A stretch of 64,000 bases of DNA from Harriotta raleighana. Lineage: Eukaryota. Positions 60,541-64,000 of this stretch are shown in pieces. The position numbers and the translations under genes were made by a program. The notes beneath the pieces are model-generated. The model saw nothing but the letters and a program-made list of their open reading frames with translations, made no database searches and was not told the DNA's origin. The stretch lies in NCBI GenBank assembly GCA_050575255.1, contig JBNZDD010013567.1, positions 466,842 through 530,841 on the forward strand. The letters are read 5' to 3'. The number at the start of each line of letters is the position of its first letter. Positions within the stretch are counted from its first letter, which is position 1.

Positions 60541-62699
60541 CTTTTTATATACCATCTAAGTCAGAGGAAAGTGTTCGAAAATCTGTATCGACTTGGAAAA
60601 TAATAGAGATAAAGAGAAATGTGCAGACAGACACTGCAAAAGCCTGGAACTCGATAGAAAGTCAATCTGCATCAGCATCTGCAAGTGATAAATTAATTAA
60701 CATTCTGGGAGTAGTCCTTTGTCAGAACACAAATATTCTGTTATTGTAATTGATGAGACTTGTGAAAATAGCAAGTCAGAAGCTGGGGAACAATGCAGAA
60801 TGATTTGGAAAAGTGACTCTCTGTGGCTTGAAAATCAGTTAATTTTTTTTCTTGGGCAAAGTGTATCTTTGAACAGAAGATAAAATATTTAAAGTCGTCT
60901 GAAAAGTTCTGTTGCTAATTTCCAAAACGTATTGGTAACAGGCTTGTGTTTCTCAAGATGTTATATTTGCTAATTTGTGTTATCGCAAATCATTTCTTTG
61001 AAGCAACCATGCAGTATTTTGCTGTGGTACCTTGTGTAGATATATCATTTCTGGGCATAGTAACAGATAAGCCAAAGAATGCAATGTGGTGGATTATCAT
61101 TCTGTATGATTTTACCTGCCTCTGATTATTATTTTAAGGTAAGACAAGGGTGTTTTTTTTAGATTGATGTGGAAAACAATTACAGTACTGTGAATCCAGC
61201 TGTAAATATCAAATTGAAAATGCAGAAGGTTATTCGAAAACAGCACTGAAAGGATCATATGAAATGTTTCTGCATCTTTCCTGCATTAGTCTTCTGCTAA
61301 TTAACACACTCTCTGTCAGTGCCAGCAGATCTGATTACTGCTGCTCAGCAAAGTGATGACTACAGATTTCTAGAATGAATGGAACCTTACAGCAGTCAGG
61401 TGAATCAATAAACAATCATTCATATTTCTCCTTCCCTTTTAACACTGGAACCTTTATTTCATATGGACTGTGTCCGAGTACTCTGGAACCCAATGGTAAG
61501 GAAGAGGAATTCACTGCAAGACTTAAATAGTTCCAATTGCTGAAGGTTTGACAGGTTGGGATTTGGTGCTATTTCTGCAATGAATATGTGAGTCCATGCT
61601 ACCTTCTTTGTTCCCAGTTCCATATCAGTGATTTCCTATTATAATTCTTAGTTCTGTGTAAAGTCCTTCTGTTTGCTTCAGCTTGACGCATATTTCTGGG
61701 TTGTTTACCTTAATTACCGCATCAAAAAGAACTGGTAGCTGCGGTGTGTACTGAATGGTTTCACAGTTAACTGAATGCCAATATGATTAACGGAAGTTTT
61801 AACAGTTGGCTTTGAAATGATACTCGCGGGACTATGCTATTTTTCACAGCAGAGCCAAAAATTGGCTGGCGGAAGTATCTCCTGGCATTTGACTCTGAAT
61901 TTAACCAGTTTAGTAATACCACAAGCTTCTTTGAGCATTTAGTGAATACTTTTGCAGCTCTTTTTCAATCTGAATGCAGATGCCTCCTGAAAATTTTTTT
62001 TTTTTTGTTCCATCCCATTAGTTGGTGCTTCAACTGAGTTGCTGTTGAGAGACTTGTAACAGTGTTATTAATTTTTTTTATATAAATAGGTAAAGATTTA
62101 TCTATTTATCAATTTATCTATTGTGATATGACTAAGAACAAAGAAAGTTTGGCGTGTCATCTGTTAATCACCCAAATTATCTAGAGGACGATATTTATTT
62201 CAATTTTGATTCATTTCAAATTGCGTTTATCATTATTAATAATAATACTAACATTATTGCATTGTTATAGCACCTGATCAAGTGTTTACTGGTGAACAGC
62301 AATTGCAGAATGTATGAAAACCATCAGTCTGTTGGAGGAAATAACATTGAATTTCTCTGTTTCTTGGTTTTTGAGTTGCTGTTCCTTTGTTTTTTTTGTA
62401 TTTATTTATGTGATTTTTATCTTTTGCATTTACATTCCCTCTCTTGCTTTGGTTGCTTAGAACACTGGCTGACAATACGCTGCCAGTCCTCATTTTTCAT
62501 GCCTGAGCCTCGACAGAGGAGCCTGTATCTTTGACTTTTCTTACATATCTCAATAAACTTTTTTTTTAACACACATTCTTCTTTTAGGTTAATTCTTCCA
62601 GACCCATAAACATCCTCACATACACATTTTCCAATGGGGATCACTAGGCGGGTTTTGAACAGGCAACCAGGCATTTATACAACGCATGTTCATGTCATG

Positions 62700-62772
62700 T
62701 CAGGATGCTGTCCCAAGGTGTCACCCCCAACATGAAAGACCCTGTATAAAAGCAATTTGTTATTGTTGTTGT
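62700..62772 (+). mobile_element. L2 3' tail, degenerate
   Basis: catgaaagaccctgtataaaagcaatttgttattgttgttgtt. Confidence 0.55.
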
Positions 62773-64000
62773 TAGTAACTGATTGTATGTGTTTTGTATA
62801 GGTTGGGCTTGGAAAAGCAGAGTTAATCTTATAGCCCTATGATGAAGTAGTGTTTGAAGAGTCCATTGCATGTTGGCACAGAGCCTTTGCAAATGCAGGA
62901 GGAAGCATAAAAGCTTTTACAATTGTACACTTAGTGTAGATAATGTGTTGTAAATTTGACTTTGTAGGCTCCAAAAACCTGTGAGCTTAACCCAAGACAA
63001 TTCAAGGATAGATGGAAAGATGTGCTTGAATTCAGGTATCAAGCATGAGTTATTCCAGTTAATCCTGCATATTACTAGCTGCTATAACAGCTGGTGTTCT
63101 ACACAATTAAAAAAATCTACTGAGACCAGTTAACATTCAGCAAATGATTCAATTAGCTTACATTACTTTGGTGAGCTGCGCACTGTAGGGAAGGTCAGTA
63201 AGACTAAATAGAAAACATTGAAGCATTTGCTTCTGCAGAAGAACTATTTCATTGCTCTTAAAGGAGTATTACTGTTTTAAGAATGGTAGATATTGCTGAT
63301 GTGAATCCTTTAATACAGTACTTCAAGAATAATGTAAATTAATTGCTTAATATTAGGGTGATTAGGTGGTGTAGTGGCTGAGTACAGTACTATGTTTGTT
63401 TGTAATTTTTTTGTTCACCTGGATGTCCGTAACACATGCTAAAACCCAACACCGTGTTTACGAGTATCCAAACCAGACTGAGAGTCACACATTCCTAAAC
63501 ATGGTCACCAGAATCCCGAAGACACCAAACATGTAGACCGGAGTCATAGGTTTTAAATTGAACAGAGGCTATGAGTGTCCTTCGTGAAAAGAGTTGCTAT
63601 GCCTAATAGTTGTAAGATCAGCCACAAAAACATCTGACTTCCTCAGTAATCAGGGAATGAAAATGCGTTGTTTTAGGAAGGGATGGAGAATGGATGACTG
63701 TTCAGATTATTACAGAAGGAGGTTGTGGTCCAGGGATGAAGTTAGGCACATTGTTGAAGTGCAAAGGGAACTTTAACTGGATGTGACACATACTATTCCT
63801 CAATTGGAAGTGCTTAATGCTGACTCATCATCTTGAAGAGCACAAAAAATTTCGAAGTAAAATGTAGGTAAATTCATTTCAATTTTGAGCAGTTCTTTGA
63901 ATGAAAATATATTTTACATTTGATAGAATATCTCTTGATGAAAGTAACCTACATTTTTTTTTAGGAGTTTAGTTACTATACCTATGAAATAAATACTACA

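Noticed and set aside
2778-62772. Recurring ~35-45 bp hairpin repeat as a CRISPR array or a REP-like system
   Set aside because: The copies are dispersed on both strands with irregular kb spacing, are attached to SINE/LINE bodies in a eukaryotic context, and no cas genes are present.

Overview
This is a 64 kb AT-rich eukaryotic window with no recognisable host protein-coding gene, so it is most likely an intron or gene desert. The repeats point to a cartilaginous fish, possibly a chimaera; this is inferred from remembered repeat families and not verified. The window is dominated by three transposon groups: (i) about 10 near-full-length and many 3'-only copies of a ~310 bp tRNA-headed, Deu-domain SINE with an (ATT)n tail; (ii) 5'-truncated L2-clade LINEs (clear RT/C-terminal remnants at 7.9-8.4, 25.8-27.0 and 32.2-32.8 kb) plus many solitary L2 3' tails; (iii) three non-autonomous Tigger/pogo-type MITEs. 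Older SacSINE1/AmnSINE1-like copies, CR1-type 3' ends and very decayed RTE, CR1, Penelope and possibly gypsy coding relics are also present. The most interesting directly visible features are a covarying 3' stem-loop shared by the SINE and two L2 families, a longer SINE variant, a 230 bp duplication bracketing an L2, an inverted MITE pair, chimeric SINE/L2 tails and a few candidate plus-strand exons. I found no convincing novel gene system. Nearly all ORFs in the track are spurious or transposon-derived. Coordinates of degraded elements are approximate (tens of bp).
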